64,000 nucleotides of DNA, taken from positions 174 through 64,173 of the forward strand of contig DATBEN010000208.1 of the NCBI GenBank assembly GCA_036276055.1, written 5' to 3'. Position 1 is the first letter of the stretch; the number at the start of each line of letters is the position of its first letter. The position numbers were made by a program, and so were the translations under genes. Shown one piece after another: positions 1 to 10,103 of the stretch. The notes under the pieces are model-generated. The model did not search any database and had not been told where the DNA came from. It saw nothing but the letters and a program-made list of their open reading frames with translations. The DNA comes from Caulobacteraceae bacterium (GTDB lineage: Bacteria; Pseudomonadota; Alphaproteobacteria; Caulobacterales; Caulobacteraceae).

Positions 1-537
1 AAGGGCCAGACGTACTCGCTCCACGACATGCTTGCCGGCGATCCGGCGGCGGACGCGTTCGTGGGCGGGGTGGTGTGGCAGGCGTTCCTTTCGGCCTTCA
101 ACTACCATCGCTGGCACAGCCCCGTCGGCGGGATGATCCTGGGGACGCGGGCTGTGGAGGGAACCTACTTCTCGGAATCCGAGAGCGAGGGCGAGGACCC
201 GGCCGGCCCCAACAACTCCCAGGCCTATCTCTCGCACGTCGCGGCGCGGACCATCATCCACATCCGCGCCGATGATCCGACGATCGGCGAGATGGTGGTG
301 ATGCCGATCGGCATGGGCGAGATCTCGTCGTGCGTGATCGACGGCGCGATCAGGCCCGGGGCGCGGGTCGAGAAGGGCCAGGAGCTGGGCTATTTCCAGT
401 ATGGCGGCTCGACGCTGTGCTGCCTCTTCCGCCCCGGTGCGATAGGCGCCTTCGCCCTGGGCGCCATGCCCGATCCGGACAATCCCCATCCGCCGCCTCT
501 CCGCGTGAACGCCCTCCTCGCGCGGGCGGCGGAGTAG
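1..537 (+). CDS. Phosphatidylserine decarboxylase-family protein, PsiD/fungal-type subgroup (5' truncated by window edge)
   Basis: Frame is open from base 1 (KGQTYSLHDML). Motifs QAFLSAFNYHRWHSP and KGQELGYFQYGGST (pyruvoyl self-cleavage GGST). Confidence 0.85.
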   Translation, partial: KGQTYSLHDMLAGDPAADAFVGGVVWQAFLSAFNYHRWHSPVGGMILGTRAVEGTYFSESESEGEDPAGPNNSQAYLSHVAARTIIHIRADDPTIGEMVVMPIGMGEISSCVIDGAIRPGARVEKGQELGYFQYGGSTLCCLFRPGAIGAFALGAMPDPDNPHPPPLRVNALLARAAE

Positions 538-546
538 GGGGCCGTC

Positions 547-1095
547 ATGAGCCTTACCCTCATGGTCATCCGTCACGCAGAGAAACCGGGCGAGGCCTGG
601 CCAGGACCCGGGCTTACCGAGGCTGGCGAGACCGACCCCAAGTCGCTGGTGATCCGCGGCTGGGAGCGGGCAGGGGCCTGGGCGGCGCTGTTTGGAAGCG
701 GCCTGGGCGGTGAGGACTATCCGACTCCCGGCGCCTTGTTTGCGGCCAGGCCCGAAGGCTCGGCCAGCCGCCGGGCCGCCGACACCCTGCAGCCGCTGGC
801 CGCGCGGCTTGGGGCGAGGCTCGATCTGTCCTTCGCTCAGGGCGACGAGAACGGGCTCATGGACAAGGTGCTGAGCCTCTCCGGAGTCGTCCTGGTGAGC
901 TGGGAGCACAAGCGGATCGGGGAGGGGATCCTGCCGCGCATTCCGGTCCCGCCCGGTGTCGTCCCGCCGGTTGGCTGGCCCGCCGATCGCTACGATCCTG
1001 TCCTTCGCTTCGACCGTCCCGTGGGCGCGGACTGCTTCACTTTCCGTCAGCTCTGCCCGCGCCTGTTGTCAGGGGACAGCGAGCGGTGGTTCTGA
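547..1095 (+). CDS. Histidine phosphatase (phosphoglycerate mutase-like) family protein
   Basis: N-terminal VIRHAEKP and later VSWEH motif; starts 9 bp after the upstream stop. Confidence 0.75.
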   Translation: MSLTLMVIRHAEKPGEAWPGPGLTEAGETDPKSLVIRGWERAGAWAALFGSGLGGEDYPTPGALFAARPEGSASRRAADTLQPLAARLGARLDLSFAQGDENGLMDKVLSLSGVVLVSWEHKRIGEGILPRIPVPPGVVPPVGWPADRYDPVLRFDRPVGADCFTFRQLCPRLLSGDSERWF

Positions 1096-1396
1096 CCGGG
1101 GTGTCGATGCGGCTGGCGCGCCACGCCGGGCGGTGGGCCGAAGACGGACCCACGGTGGAGTCGACGAGGCTCTGTCGCCACATGTCGGGTACAAGCCGAG
1201 CACATCCTATCCAAGATGATTGCGACTGCGCGATCTAAGCTTGGGCTACGGCGCGATCGCCGCGCCACTTCCAGGATGTACGGCCTGATCGCAAGGCGCG
1301 CCGCCTCGTCCGATCGGCCCTCCTGGAACGGCCCCAGCGCGAGCGAGTCTGCCGGAACCGAGCGCTGTCCTAGCCGCCCAGGAGATACGCGGACGC

Positions 1397-1927
1397 ATGC
1401 ACACGTCCCTGTACGTGACGATCATCGCCTCCGCTGGGCTCAGCGGCGCCGTAAGCTATTTTACGTCACGGCTCAGCCAGCACAGTCAGCGCCTGATCGA
1501 GCGCCAGATCTATCGCGGCGCGATGCTGGCGGAGATCCGGGGGCTCCATCAGCGGCTCGTCGAGTATGAGGAAGCGTTTTCCGGGCGCGTCATGACCGGC
1601 GAGGTCTCCAGCGCCCAGGTCCTCACCGTTCTGCTGCAGGCAGGCGATACGGTCGTGTTCAACAACCACGCCTCCTCGATCGGCCTCTTCGACCGCCGCA
1701 CAGCGCTACGGATCGTCCGCTTCTACGCTGGGATACGCAGTCTGCAGGGCAGGGCCGTGGTGCTTTCGGAGATCGTCGGGCGGCCGGGCTCCGCTGGCGG
1801 TGAGGACGTCATGCAGGGGCACCTGGAGTTCGTCCGCCGGTTGCGTCGCCGCGCCTATCGGCTCATCCGCCGCCAGCGCCAGACACGGCCCCGCCGCTTC
1901 CGCCCGCTGTTCCTGTGGACGCGATAG
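1397..1927 (+). CDS. Hypothetical protein with N-terminal hydrophobic segment
   Basis: AGGAG upstream; protein-like composition; no family recognised. Confidence 0.55.
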   Translation: MHTSLYVTIIASAGLSGAVSYFTSRLSQHSQRLIERQIYRGAMLAEIRGLHQRLVEYEEAFSGRVMTGEVSSAQVLTVLLQAGDTVVFNNHASSIGLFDRRTALRIVRFYAGIRSLQGRAVVLSEIVGRPGSAGGEDVMQGHLEFVRRLRRRAYRLIRRQRQTRPRRFRPLFLWTR

Positions 1928-1963
1928 CTCGGCGGCCCACAGCGGCGTGGCCGCCAGCGAACC

Positions 1964-2440
1964 TCACTCCTTGTGCGGTTGCACGCTCACCAGCTTCAGC
2001 CGGAACGCGAGGAGGCTGTTGCCGGGGATCGGGCCGGTGGCGTCGGCCCCGTAGGCGAGGTCGGGCGGAATCCACAGCATCCACTCGTCGCCGGGACGCA
2101 TCAGCTGCAGGCCGGCGATCCAGCCGGGGATCAGGCTGCCGAGCTGGAAGGTGACCGGCTGTCCGGGCGGCGTGGCGTCGAACACCTTACCATTCAGGAG
2201 GCGGCCTTCGTACTCGACGGTGACGTCGTCGTCGGGTGTGGGATGAGCGCCGTCGGCGGGCCCCGATTGCAGCACCTTGTACTCGATGCCCGCGGCGCTG
2301 ACGACGCCGGGAGCCTGGGCATTGGCGGCCATGAAGGCGGCCGGAGCCGGGCCGGGGGGATCGCTCGGGGTCGGCGCCGTCTGGCAGGCGGCCAGGGCGG
2401 CGCAGGCGAGGGCGGGCGCGAGGAGGCGGCGAGGGTCCAT
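1964..2440 (-). CDS. FKBP-type peptidyl-prolyl cis-trans isomerase (lipoprotein)
   Basis: LAAC lipobox; VTVEYEGRLLNGKVFD, LIPGW, IPPDLAYG, IPGNS motifs. Confidence 0.92.
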   Translation of the reverse strand: MDPRRLLAPALACAALAACQTAPTPSDPPGPAPAAFMAANAQAPGVVSAAGIEYKVLQSGPADGAHPTPDDDVTVEYEGRLLNGKVFDATPPGQPVTFQLGSLIPGWIAGLQLMRPGDEWMLWIPPDLAYGADATGPIPGNSLLAFRLKLVSVQPHKE

Positions 2441-2501
2441 GATGATCCGTAAAAGGCGATGGCGCGCGGGCCGCCGCCGCTAGCAGGAGGAGGCGACAGG
2501 C

Positions 2502-4202
2502 TCAAGCCTGATAGGAGATCCGTCCACCCACCACCGTCCGCACGAGCTGGATGTCCTTGATCTTCGAGGGATCGACCGTGTGCGGATCGTCGGCGAGCAC
2601 GACGAAGTCGGCCAGCTTGCCGGGCGTGATCGAGCCCTTGATCGTCTCCTCGCGGGTGTCGAAGGCGCCGTTGAGGGTATGGACGCGGATCGCCTCGTCG
2701 ACCGTGATCCTCTGGTTCGCGCCCCAGGTCTCGCCGTTCCAGCCGGTGCGTGTGACCATGCCCTGGATTGCCATCAGAGGCGAGAAGGGCCCCGGATCGA
2801 AGTCCGAACCGGCGCAGACCGGCACGCCGGCGTCAATCATGGAGCGATAGGGCATGGTGTGCTCCATCATCTCCTCGCCGTAGAAGTGGAACTTGTCCGA
2901 GTTGTAGTAGGAATAGGTGGAGAAGAGCGCGGGTGTGACGCCGAGCGCCTTGATCCTCGCGAGCAGCGGCGGGGTCACCACCGAGCAGTGGGTGATCTTC
3001 CACCGCGCATCCTTCACCGGCAGGGCCGCCTGCGCGCGCTCGTAGGCCGTGAGCACATGGTCGATCGCCACGTCGCCATTGGCGTGGCAGTTGGCCTGGA
3101 TCCCCGCCCGGTGGACGCGCAGCGCCCAGGCGTCGAGGTCCTCCTGCGTCTCGGTGACATTGCCCCGGTAGCCGTCCGTGCGGCCGGGGTAGGGATGGCT
3201 GAGCGCCATGGTCCGCTCGGAGAAGGAGCCGTCGGCCGTGTGTTCGGCGGTGGCGCCCAGGCGCAGCCACTCGTCTCCAAGTCCCGTGGTGATCCCCGAG
3301 CGCATCATCGCCTCGAGGACGTCGTCATAGGCTTCGTAATTGACCCGGTGCAGCAGGCGGCCGTCCCCGCGGACGGCCTCGATGGCGTGCAGAGGCCCGC
3401 CCTGGTGGCAGACGCCGGTGAGGCCATAGCGGACGAACATCTTGGAGATGTGAGCCATGCCCTCGCGCTCGCGCCGAGCGGTCTCCTCCGGCGAATAGGT
3501 CACGCGAGTCCCGACCTTGGCGAACACCACGCGGGCGCGGTCGGTGACGCGGCCATTGAGCGAGCCGTCGGGGAAGTGGTCGTAGGTGCCGCTGGGGAGA
3601 TTTGGCGTCGCCGTCGTGACGCCGGCCATCTGCAGGGCGCGCGAATTGTAGAAGGAGGTGTGCCCGCCGCGGTGATGGACCGCCACCGGCCGGGTGGTCG
3701 AGACGCGGTCGAGGTCGTGCACGTCGAGCTGCCGGCCGTCCTTGACCTTGGTGTCGTCGAAGAAGAAGCCCTCCACCCACGCATCGGGCGGCGTGGTGGC
3801 GGCGCGGGCCTTCAGCTTTTCGACGATGCTGTCGATGGTGACGAACTCGACCTCGTAGGGATTGCCGACCAGCACCTCGTAGAGGAGCTCTTCGCCCGGC
3901 GCGTGGTTGTGGCAGTCGATGAAGCCGGGCGTGATCGTCATGCCTTTGGCGTCGAACACTTCCGTCCCCTTGCCGATCAGGCCTCGGACGTCGTCGTTCG
4001 AGCCGACGGCCAGGAAGCGGGCGTCCTTCACGGCGAAGGCCTGCGCGCGGGGCAGGCGGTCGTCCACTGTCCAGACCCGGGCGTTGATCACGACCAGCTC
4101 GGGCGCTGTCGATTGGGCGAGTGCGCGCGACAGAGGCCAGGCCGAAGCGAGTCCGGCGCCCGCGGCGCCCAGCATGTCGCGACGCGTGTGACGTGATCCC
4201 AT
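2502..4202 (-). CDS. Tat-exported amidohydrolase (YtcJ/amidohydrolase_3 family)
   Basis: TRRDML twin-arginine signal after ATG at 4202; PGFIDCHNH, HANGD, GSD and GSITPGKLADFVVL motifs. Confidence 0.88.
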   Translation of the reverse strand: MGSRHTRRDMLGAAGAGLASAWPLSRALAQSTAPELVVINARVWTVDDRLPRAQAFAVKDARFLAVGSNDDVRGLIGKGTEVFDAKGMTITPGFIDCHNHAPGEELLYEVLVGNPYEVEFVTIDSIVEKLKARAATTPPDAWVEGFFFDDTKVKDGRQLDVHDLDRVSTTRPVAVHHRGGHTSFYNSRALQMAGVTTATPNLPSGTYDHFPDGSLNGRVTDRARVVFAKVGTRVTYSPEETARREREGMAHISKMFVRYGLTGVCHQGGPLHAIEAVRGDGRLLHRVNYEAYDDVLEAMMRSGITTGLGDEWLRLGATAEHTADGSFSERTMALSHPYPGRTDGYRGNVTETQEDLDAWALRVHRAGIQANCHANGDVAIDHVLTAYERAQAALPVKDARWKITHCSVVTPPLLARIKALGVTPALFSTYSYYNSDKFHFYGEEMMEHTMPYRSMIDAGVPVCAGSDFDPGPFSPLMAIQGMVTRTGWNGETWGANQRITVDEAIRVHTLNGAFDTREETIKGSITPGKLADFVVLADDPHTVDPSKIKDIQLVRTVVGGRISYQA

Positions 4203-4301
4203 GGCGTTTTTCCCCCTTGGCCGTTGACCTGTTTGGACCAACTCTTGGTCCCGCGCCCCTGAACGGTCAACGCGGACCGGACGAGACCCTGGAGGCAAGG
4301 C

Positions 4302-4580
4302 ATGTGCAGAAGCATCAAGACCCTCTTCAACTTCGACCCGCCGGCGGCCGAGGAGGAGATCCGCGCGGCGGCCCTGCAATTCGTACGCAAGATCAGCGGC
4401 TTCAATGCGCCGTCGAAAGCCAATGCGGCGGCGTTCGACATCGCGGTGGAAGAGGTGGCCGAGAGCGCACGGCGCCTGCTGGGCTCGCTCGAGACCCACG
4501 CCCCGCCACGCGACCGCGAAGTGGAAGCTGGGAAGGCGAGGGCGGCCGCGGCGGTCCGCTTCGGTCGCGCGCCGGCGTGA
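4302..4580 (+). CDS. DUF2277 family protein
   Basis: Characteristic MCRSIKTLFNFDPPA...AALQFVRKISGF; GGAGG RBS. Confidence 0.85.
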   Translation: MCRSIKTLFNFDPPAAEEEIRAAALQFVRKISGFNAPSKANAAAFDIAVEEVAESARRLLGSLETHAPPRDREVEAGKARAAAAVRFGRAPA

Positions 4581-4589
4581 AGCGACGCG

Positions 4590-5852
4590 TCAGATCCGCT
4601 CGGGGATCACGACTTCCATCTTGCGGATCGCCCGCAGGAAGTTGGACCTCAGCCGCGTGGGCTCGCCGATGACCTCGATGCGCGGGAAGCGATTCATGAT
4701 CTCTTCCCACAGCATCTTCAGCTGCATCTCGGCCAGGCGCATGCCCACGCAACGGTGGATGCCGAAGCCGAAGGAGACGTGATGGCGCGGCCGCTCGCGG
4801 CCGATGAGGAAGTCCGGCGCGTTCGGAATCTGGCTCTCGTCGCGATTGCCCGAGACGTACCACATCACGACCTTTTCGCCCTTGCGGATGGTCTTGCCGT
4901 GGAAGTCGATGTCCGCCTTGGCCGTGCGGCGCATGTGCGCCACCGGCGTCTGCCAGCGGACGATCTCCGGGACCATGTCCGGGATCACTGACGGATCGGC
5001 GCGCAGGCGATCGTACTGTTCAGGGAAGCGGTTGAGCCCCAGAACCCCGCCGCTGATCGAATTGCGGGTCGTGTCGTTTCCGCCCACGATCAGCAGCAGG
5101 ATGTTCCCCAGGAACTCCATGAACGGCATGTCCTTGGTCGACTCTCCCAGAGCCATCATCGAGATCAGGTCGTGGCTGGGCGGCGCGGCCTTGGCCTTGT
5201 TCCACAGCTCCATGAAATACATGCCGCAGCCGATCAGCTCGGCGCGCGCCTGCTCCATGGTCATGGTCTCGCTCATGTCCGTGGTGGTGAGGTCCGACCA
5301 GTAGATGAGCTTGCGCCGCTCCTCGAAGGGGAAGCCGAACAGGGTCGCCAGCATCTGGCTGGTCAGCTCCACCGCCACGCGGTCCACCCAGTCGAACGGC
5401 TCGCCGATCGGCAGGTCGTCCAGGATGCGGCCGGCCCGCTCGCGGATCACCGGCTCGAGGAACTTGAGGTGCTCGTGCGAGACGATGGGGCTGACGGTCT
5501 TGCGCTGCTGGTCATGCCGTGGCGGATCCATCGCGATGAACATCGGCATCTGGAAGTCTTCGGCCTGCTCGTAGATCGAGATGCTGCCCTCGGACGAGAA
5601 GACCTCGTGGTTGACCTCCACGTCCACGATGTCGTCGAAGCGCGTGATCGACCAATAGGCGCCGACATCCACGCCGTCTGGGCAGCCGTTGGGACAGTAG
5701 TGAACCGGATCCTCTGTCCGCAGGCGCTCGAAGAACGGCCACATGGTGTCGTTCTCGAACCGGGAGGACAGGCTGACGTCGATCTGGTCCAGCGGCGTCA
5801 ACCACGCCTCGTCGCGCGCAGCCTGCAGGGCGGCGAAGGAGCCGTCGGCCAT
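4590..5852 (-). CDS. Cytochrome P450, CYP153-like
   Basis: MFIAMDPPRHDQQR, LLIVGGNDTTRNS, EIVRWQTP and FGFGIHRCVG heme-binding motif; GGAGG before ATG at 5852. Confidence 0.92.
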   Translation of the reverse strand: MADGSFAALQAARDEAWLTPLDQIDVSLSSRFENDTMWPFFERLRTEDPVHYCPNGCPDGVDVGAYWSITRFDDIVDVEVNHEVFSSEGSISIYEQAEDFQMPMFIAMDPPRHDQQRKTVSPIVSHEHLKFLEPVIRERAGRILDDLPIGEPFDWVDRVAVELTSQMLATLFGFPFEERRKLIYWSDLTTTDMSETMTMEQARAELIGCGMYFMELWNKAKAAPPSHDLISMMALGESTKDMPFMEFLGNILLLIVGGNDTTRNSISGGVLGLNRFPEQYDRLRADPSVIPDMVPEIVRWQTPVAHMRRTAKADIDFHGKTIRKGEKVVMWYVSGNRDESQIPNAPDFLIGRERPRHHVSFGFGIHRCVGMRLAEMQLKMLWEEIMNRFPRIEVIGEPTRLRSNFLRAIRKMEVVIPERI

Positions 5853-6011
5853 GGGTGCCTCCCGGTTGTGCTCGTTACAGCCCAGCAGACACCCGCCGGT
5901 AAGGCGAGGCAAGTGAAAGCCCGGTCATGGGAGGCGGGAAAGACGACCCTGGCGGGACGCGTCCGAGGCGCCTAACCTGCTGTCAAAAGAATACAAAGGG
6001 AGCAGACAGCC

Positions 6012-6911
6012 ATGGGCCAGATGACCGCCGTGGATGAGAAGACGGGCCGAAAGTTCTACCTGGACGAGCCCGACGACCTGCAGCCGGGAGAAGAGGTCAC
6101 CTTCATCCTCAACCTCCACGGCGGCGGCTCGGTGGGCGCCTGGCAGCGGCTCTATTTCCCCGCCGCGGACTACCGGAACACCTATCGCCTGGTGATCGCC
6201 ACGCCATCCGCCGCCACCAAGGAGCCAGCCCGGCGCTGGGTCGGCGAGGCCGACGACGCGCACCTGCACAATATCGTGCATTACGTGAGCGATCGGTACG
6301 GGTCGCAGGTCATCCGGGCCTTCTGGCTCGCCGGCCACTCCCAGGGCGGCATGACCTCCAGTCGCCTGCTCCGCGAGGATCCCTTCTTCCAGGAGCGGGT
6401 CGACGGCTGGCTGAGCCTTTCCGGCGGGCGGATCGGCGCCGCCGAGCGCGCGCCAGACGCCGGCCCGCCGCCGGCGCCGGGCCGGCCGCCGATGACCTTC
6501 CCCCGGATGACGCCGGCGGGACCGCCGCCTTGCGACCTCTCCTTCATCTTCACCGTGGGCGAACACGAGATCGCCGGCCTGCCAGAGACCTCTCCCTGGG
6601 CTGAGAAGTACGGCGCGGGCCCCCGCGAGCGCAGGCCGGACGTCGTGGATGACGAGCCCGGCCAGGTCCACGACACGACGCGGGAGGCCTATTCCACCAG
6701 GGCCTGGGGGCTAAAGCCAGGACCGGGGACGGCGCGGGTCTGGGTCTATCCCGGCGCCAGCGAAGGCCGGGTGATCGCCGATGTGGTTCGCCTGGACAAG
6801 GGCCATACCGAGGGCCTCGAGCCGCGGGTCACCGAGCAGATCATCCGCCTCATGGTCTCGGCGCCGGGCGGCAAGGCGCGTTCCGCACGGCGGGCGGACG
6901 CCGCCGCCTGA
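6012..6911 (+). CDS. Alpha/beta hydrolase (esterase-like)
   Basis: LNLHGGGS oxyanion motif, GHSQGG nucleophile elbow, C-terminal GHT. Confidence 0.8.
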   Translation: MGQMTAVDEKTGRKFYLDEPDDLQPGEEVTFILNLHGGGSVGAWQRLYFPAADYRNTYRLVIATPSAATKEPARRWVGEADDAHLHNIVHYVSDRYGSQVIRAFWLAGHSQGGMTSSRLLREDPFFQERVDGWLSLSGGRIGAAERAPDAGPPPAPGRPPMTFPRMTPAGPPPCDLSFIFTVGEHEIAGLPETSPWAEKYGAGPRERRPDVVDDEPGQVHDTTREAYSTRAWGLKPGPGTARVWVYPGASEGRVIADVVRLDKGHTEGLEPRVTEQIIRLMVSAPGGKARSARRADAAA

Positions 6912-6927
6912 CCGGCCGGCGGCGATG

Positions 6928-9477
6928 TCAGTCGGGCGCGCTGTCGGTCGCCGATCTCATTGAACCACTCTGCGACGCCTCGCGCCGGGCCCTGGCGAGA
7001 ATCGCACCGGTGAGAGCGCGGGCGAGGTCCGTGGCGGCGTAGGGCTTGAGCAGATAGACCGCGCCGGGGACTGCGATGTCGGGCACGGCCGCGGCCTCGC
7101 CGGTGGCGAACACCACCTCCAGCTCCGGGCGCAGCTCGAGCGCCTTCTGCGCCAGGGCGTCGCCGGAGAGACCCGGCAGGTTCCGGTCGGTCACGATCAC
7201 GTCGACTTCGGCTTCGACCAGCGCGCTCAGGGCGCTCTCGCCGTCGGCGTATTCAGTCACCGAGTGGCCGAGGTCGGCCAGCATGTCCGCAGTGTTCGCG
7301 CGGATCAGCGCGTCGTCCTCCACCAGCAGAACACGCAGGCCCGCGTTGGGCGCGATGCGCTCCGCCACGCCGTGGCCATCCAGCTGGCGGGACGCCTCCC
7401 GCGCTTGCGCGACCTGGCCGCGGTTCCGCAGCACATGGCGGATCTTCCGGGCGAGAGCCTCGCGCGTGTAGGGCTTCGAGAGCAGCTCCACGCCCGGATC
7501 GAGACGCCCGCCGTGGACGATGGAATTTTCGGTGTACCCCGATGTGAACAGGACGGCGACGCCGGGGATCCGCTCGCGCGCCCGCGCCGCCAACTCGGGG
7601 CTGCGCACCGGTCCTGGCATCACCACGTCGGTGAAGATCAGGTCGATGGGAGCGCCGCTCTCCACCACACTGAGGGCGCTGGCGGCGTCCCGGGCCTTGA
7701 GGACCCGGTACCCGAGGTCGGTGAGGAGGGCCACGGCGGTCTCGCAGACCTGCTCATCGTCCTCGACCACCAGGATGGTCTCCTCGCCGCCGATCGCGGG
7801 CGCGCTGGCCGCGTCGGAAAGAACCTCCTCGGCCTGGAGGGCGCGGGGCAGGTAGAGCTTGATCGTCGTGCCTTCGCCCGCCTCGCTGTAGATCTTCACG
7901 TGGCCGTGGGACTGCTTGATCAGTCCGTACACCATCGAAAGACCAAGGCCTGTTCCCTGACCCTCCGGCTTGGTGCTGAAGAACGGCTCGAACACGCGCT
8001 CCATCACCTCGCGGTCCATGCCGCAACCGGTGTCCGTGACGGCGACCATCACGTACTGGCCCGCCGCCACGTCCTCATGCAGCCGGGCGTATTCGTCGTC
8101 CAGGAAGGCGTTGCCCGCCTCGAGGGTCAGGCGGCCGACGCCGTTCATCGCATCCCGCGCATTGATGGCGAGGTTCAGGATCGCGTTCTCCAGCTGGCCG
8201 GGATCGATCAGCGTGTTCCACAGGCCTCCCGAGACGACCGTCTCCAGTTCGATCTCCTCGCCCAGGGTGCGCCTGAGCATGTCGTCCATCCCCTGCAGGA
8301 AGCGGGCGAGGTTGCACACGCGCGGCTCCAGGGCCTGGCGGCGGCCGAAGGCAAGCAGCTGCGAGGCCAGCTTAGCCCCTCTGGCCACTCCGGAAAGCGC
8401 ATTGCGGACGCGCTGTTCGGCCCGCTCGTTTCCGGCAACGTCTTTGGCGAGCAGCTGGAGGTTGCCGCTGACTACCTGCAGAAGATTATTGAAGTCGTGG
8501 GCCACCCCGCCGGTCAGCTGGCCGAGCGCCTCCATCTTCTGCGCCCGCTGCAGCGCCGCCTGCGTCTCGCGCAGCCGAAGCTGCGCGCGCACGCGCGGTG
8601 TCACGTCCCGCGAATACTGATAGGCGCCGATGATCGCCCCGTGCCTGCGCAGGGGCGACATCTTGATATCAAAGAAGGAGCCCGACGGGTCCGCCTCGCC
8701 GGAGCGGGAGATGTCGATCACCTCGCCCGCCAGGGCGCGCCGCCACAGACCCACCGCCGCGTCGCGCGCCGCCGGCATGTGCGCCAGGGCGTCCCCGATG
8801 CTGTCGCCGATCTGGAAGCGCACGCCAAACAGCCGCTCGCAGATCCGGCCGTAGGCCGCGTTCATGGCGATGAAACGCAGGTCCTTGTCGACGGCCGCGA
8901 CGGGGTCGTCGGCGCCTTCGAACATGTCCGCCCAGAGCTGCCGTTCGGCCACGGCCTCGGCCACGCGGCGCTCCAGGGACTCGTTCATCTGGCGCAGGTC
9001 TTCGGCGATCCGGCGTTCGGCGGTGATTTCGCGCATTGCGCCGATGAGGCGCAGTCCGCCTCCCGGACTGGCCACGCAGTGTCCCTCCAGGGCGGCCCAC
9101 GTCACGCGACGCGTCAGGCGGCCGACGATGCGGCACTCTATGGAGAGGCGCCCGCCGTCCCCCGCCTTAACCAGATCTTCCACCGCGCGGGAGACCGGCT
9201 CTCGATCGTCAGGATGGAGGGAGGGCAGGAAATGGCCGCTCCAGGTGGTCTGCGACTCTGGCCCGATCTCCGCCGCCTCGCCCATGCGCGCGTCCAAGGT
9301 CAGACGATCGCTGGCGAGATCGTAGTCCCAGACGCCGACGCCTGCGGCCTCCAAGGCGAGCCGCATCCGAAGCTCCGCCTCGCGGCGCGCGTCCCTGGCG
9401 TCGGCGGCCTGGCTGCGAGATCGCGGTTGACTTGCAACGGACACGCCGGAAGCGGCGCCCGTGGCTCGGTTTGGCAT
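6928..9477 (-). CDS. Hybrid sensor histidine kinase (PAS-PAS-HisKA-HATPase-REC-REC)
   Basis: GGVAHDFNNLL H-box, NLAINARDAM, FEPFFSTK, GTGLGL and two receiver domains. Start is uncertain (9477 or 9366). Confidence 0.9.
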   Translation of the reverse strand: MPNRATGAASGVSVASQPRSRSQAADARDARREAELRMRLALEAAGVGVWDYDLASDRLTLDARMGEAAEIGPESQTTWSGHFLPSLHPDDREPVSRAVEDLVKAGDGGRLSIECRIVGRLTRRVTWAALEGHCVASPGGGLRLIGAMREITAERRIAEDLRQMNESLERRVAEAVAERQLWADMFEGADDPVAAVDKDLRFIAMNAAYGRICERLFGVRFQIGDSIGDALAHMPAARDAAVGLWRRALAGEVIDISRSGEADPSGSFFDIKMSPLRRHGAIIGAYQYSRDVTPRVRAQLRLRETQAALQRAQKMEALGQLTGGVAHDFNNLLQVVSGNLQLLAKDVAGNERAEQRVRNALSGVARGAKLASQLLAFGRRQALEPRVCNLARFLQGMDDMLRRTLGEEIELETVVSGGLWNTLIDPGQLENAILNLAINARDAMNGVGRLTLEAGNAFLDDEYARLHEDVAAGQYVMVAVTDTGCGMDREVMERVFEPFFSTKPEGQGTGLGLSMVYGLIKQSHGHVKIYSEAGEGTTIKLYLPRALQAEEVLSDAASAPAIGGEETILVVEDDEQVCETAVALLTDLGYRVLKARDAASALSVVESGAPIDLIFTDVVMPGPVRSPELAARARERIPGVAVLFTSGYTENSIVHGGRLDPGVELLSKPYTREALARKIRHVLRNRGQVAQAREASRQLDGHGVAERIAPNAGLRVLLVEDDALIRANTADMLADLGHSVTEYADGESALSALVEAEVDVIVTDRNLPGLSGDALAQKALELRPELEVVFATGEAAAVPDIAVPGAVYLLKPYAATDLARALTGAILARARREASQSGSMRSATDSAPD

Positions 9478-9725
9478 TCCGGCGTTCCTCGACCGCGTAC
9501 ATAGCCGCCCCCGGTGGGCGGTCCAACCCGATTTCGCAGTCGTTTGCGGACAGTTCGGGTGGGCCGTCAAGGCTGCGGCCCGTCCCGGATGGCGCGCGCG
9601 CCGCGCCCCAATGGCAACGGTTTGGCTTGGTCGAATGGCTGCGGCCAGGCTAGGTTGCCGGCAGCGTCGGCCCGACTGGCCGGACGCCCCGCCAAACCGT
9701 GGAACAAACCGGGAGAAGACGCGCC

Positions 9726-10103
9726 ATGTTCTCGCACATCATGATCGGAACCAACGATCTGGAGAGGGCGAAGGGCTTCTATGACGCTCTGCTGGGGACG
9801 CTGGGCGTACCCGCGGCGATGCGCGATGGCGACCGCATCTTCTACATGACGCCCAACGGCGTCTTTTCCGTCAGCAAGCCGATCAACGGCGAGCCGGCTT
9901 GCGCGGCCAATGGCGGGACGATCGGCTTCGCCTGCAGTTCACCCGAACAGGCGGACGCCTGGCACGCGACCGGCGTGGCCAACGGCGGGATGAGCTGCGA
10001 GGAGCCGCCCGGCGTGCGCGAGGGCAATGTCGGAAAGCTCTACCTTGCCTATTTGCGCGACCCGGACGGCAACAAGCTCTGCGCGCTCCACCGGATGGGC
10101 TGA
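9726..10103 (+). CDS. VOC/glyoxalase family protein
   Basis: MFSHIMIGTNDLERAKGFYD...AYLRDPDGNKL. Confidence 0.88.
   Translation: MFSHIMIGTNDLERAKGFYDALLGTLGVPAAMRDGDRIFYMTPNGVFSVSKPINGEPACAANGGTIGFACSSPEQADAWHATGVANGGMSCEEPPGVREGNVGKLYLAYLRDPDGNKLCALHRMG

Noticed and set aside
4203-4499. N-terminal extensions in the ORF track (amidohydrolase here; also rnj, birA, nuoJ, nuoK, lolE and MEDS-LuxR)
   Set aside because: They overlap neighbouring real genes. Downstream starts with an RBS, signal peptide or stop-start overlap fit better.
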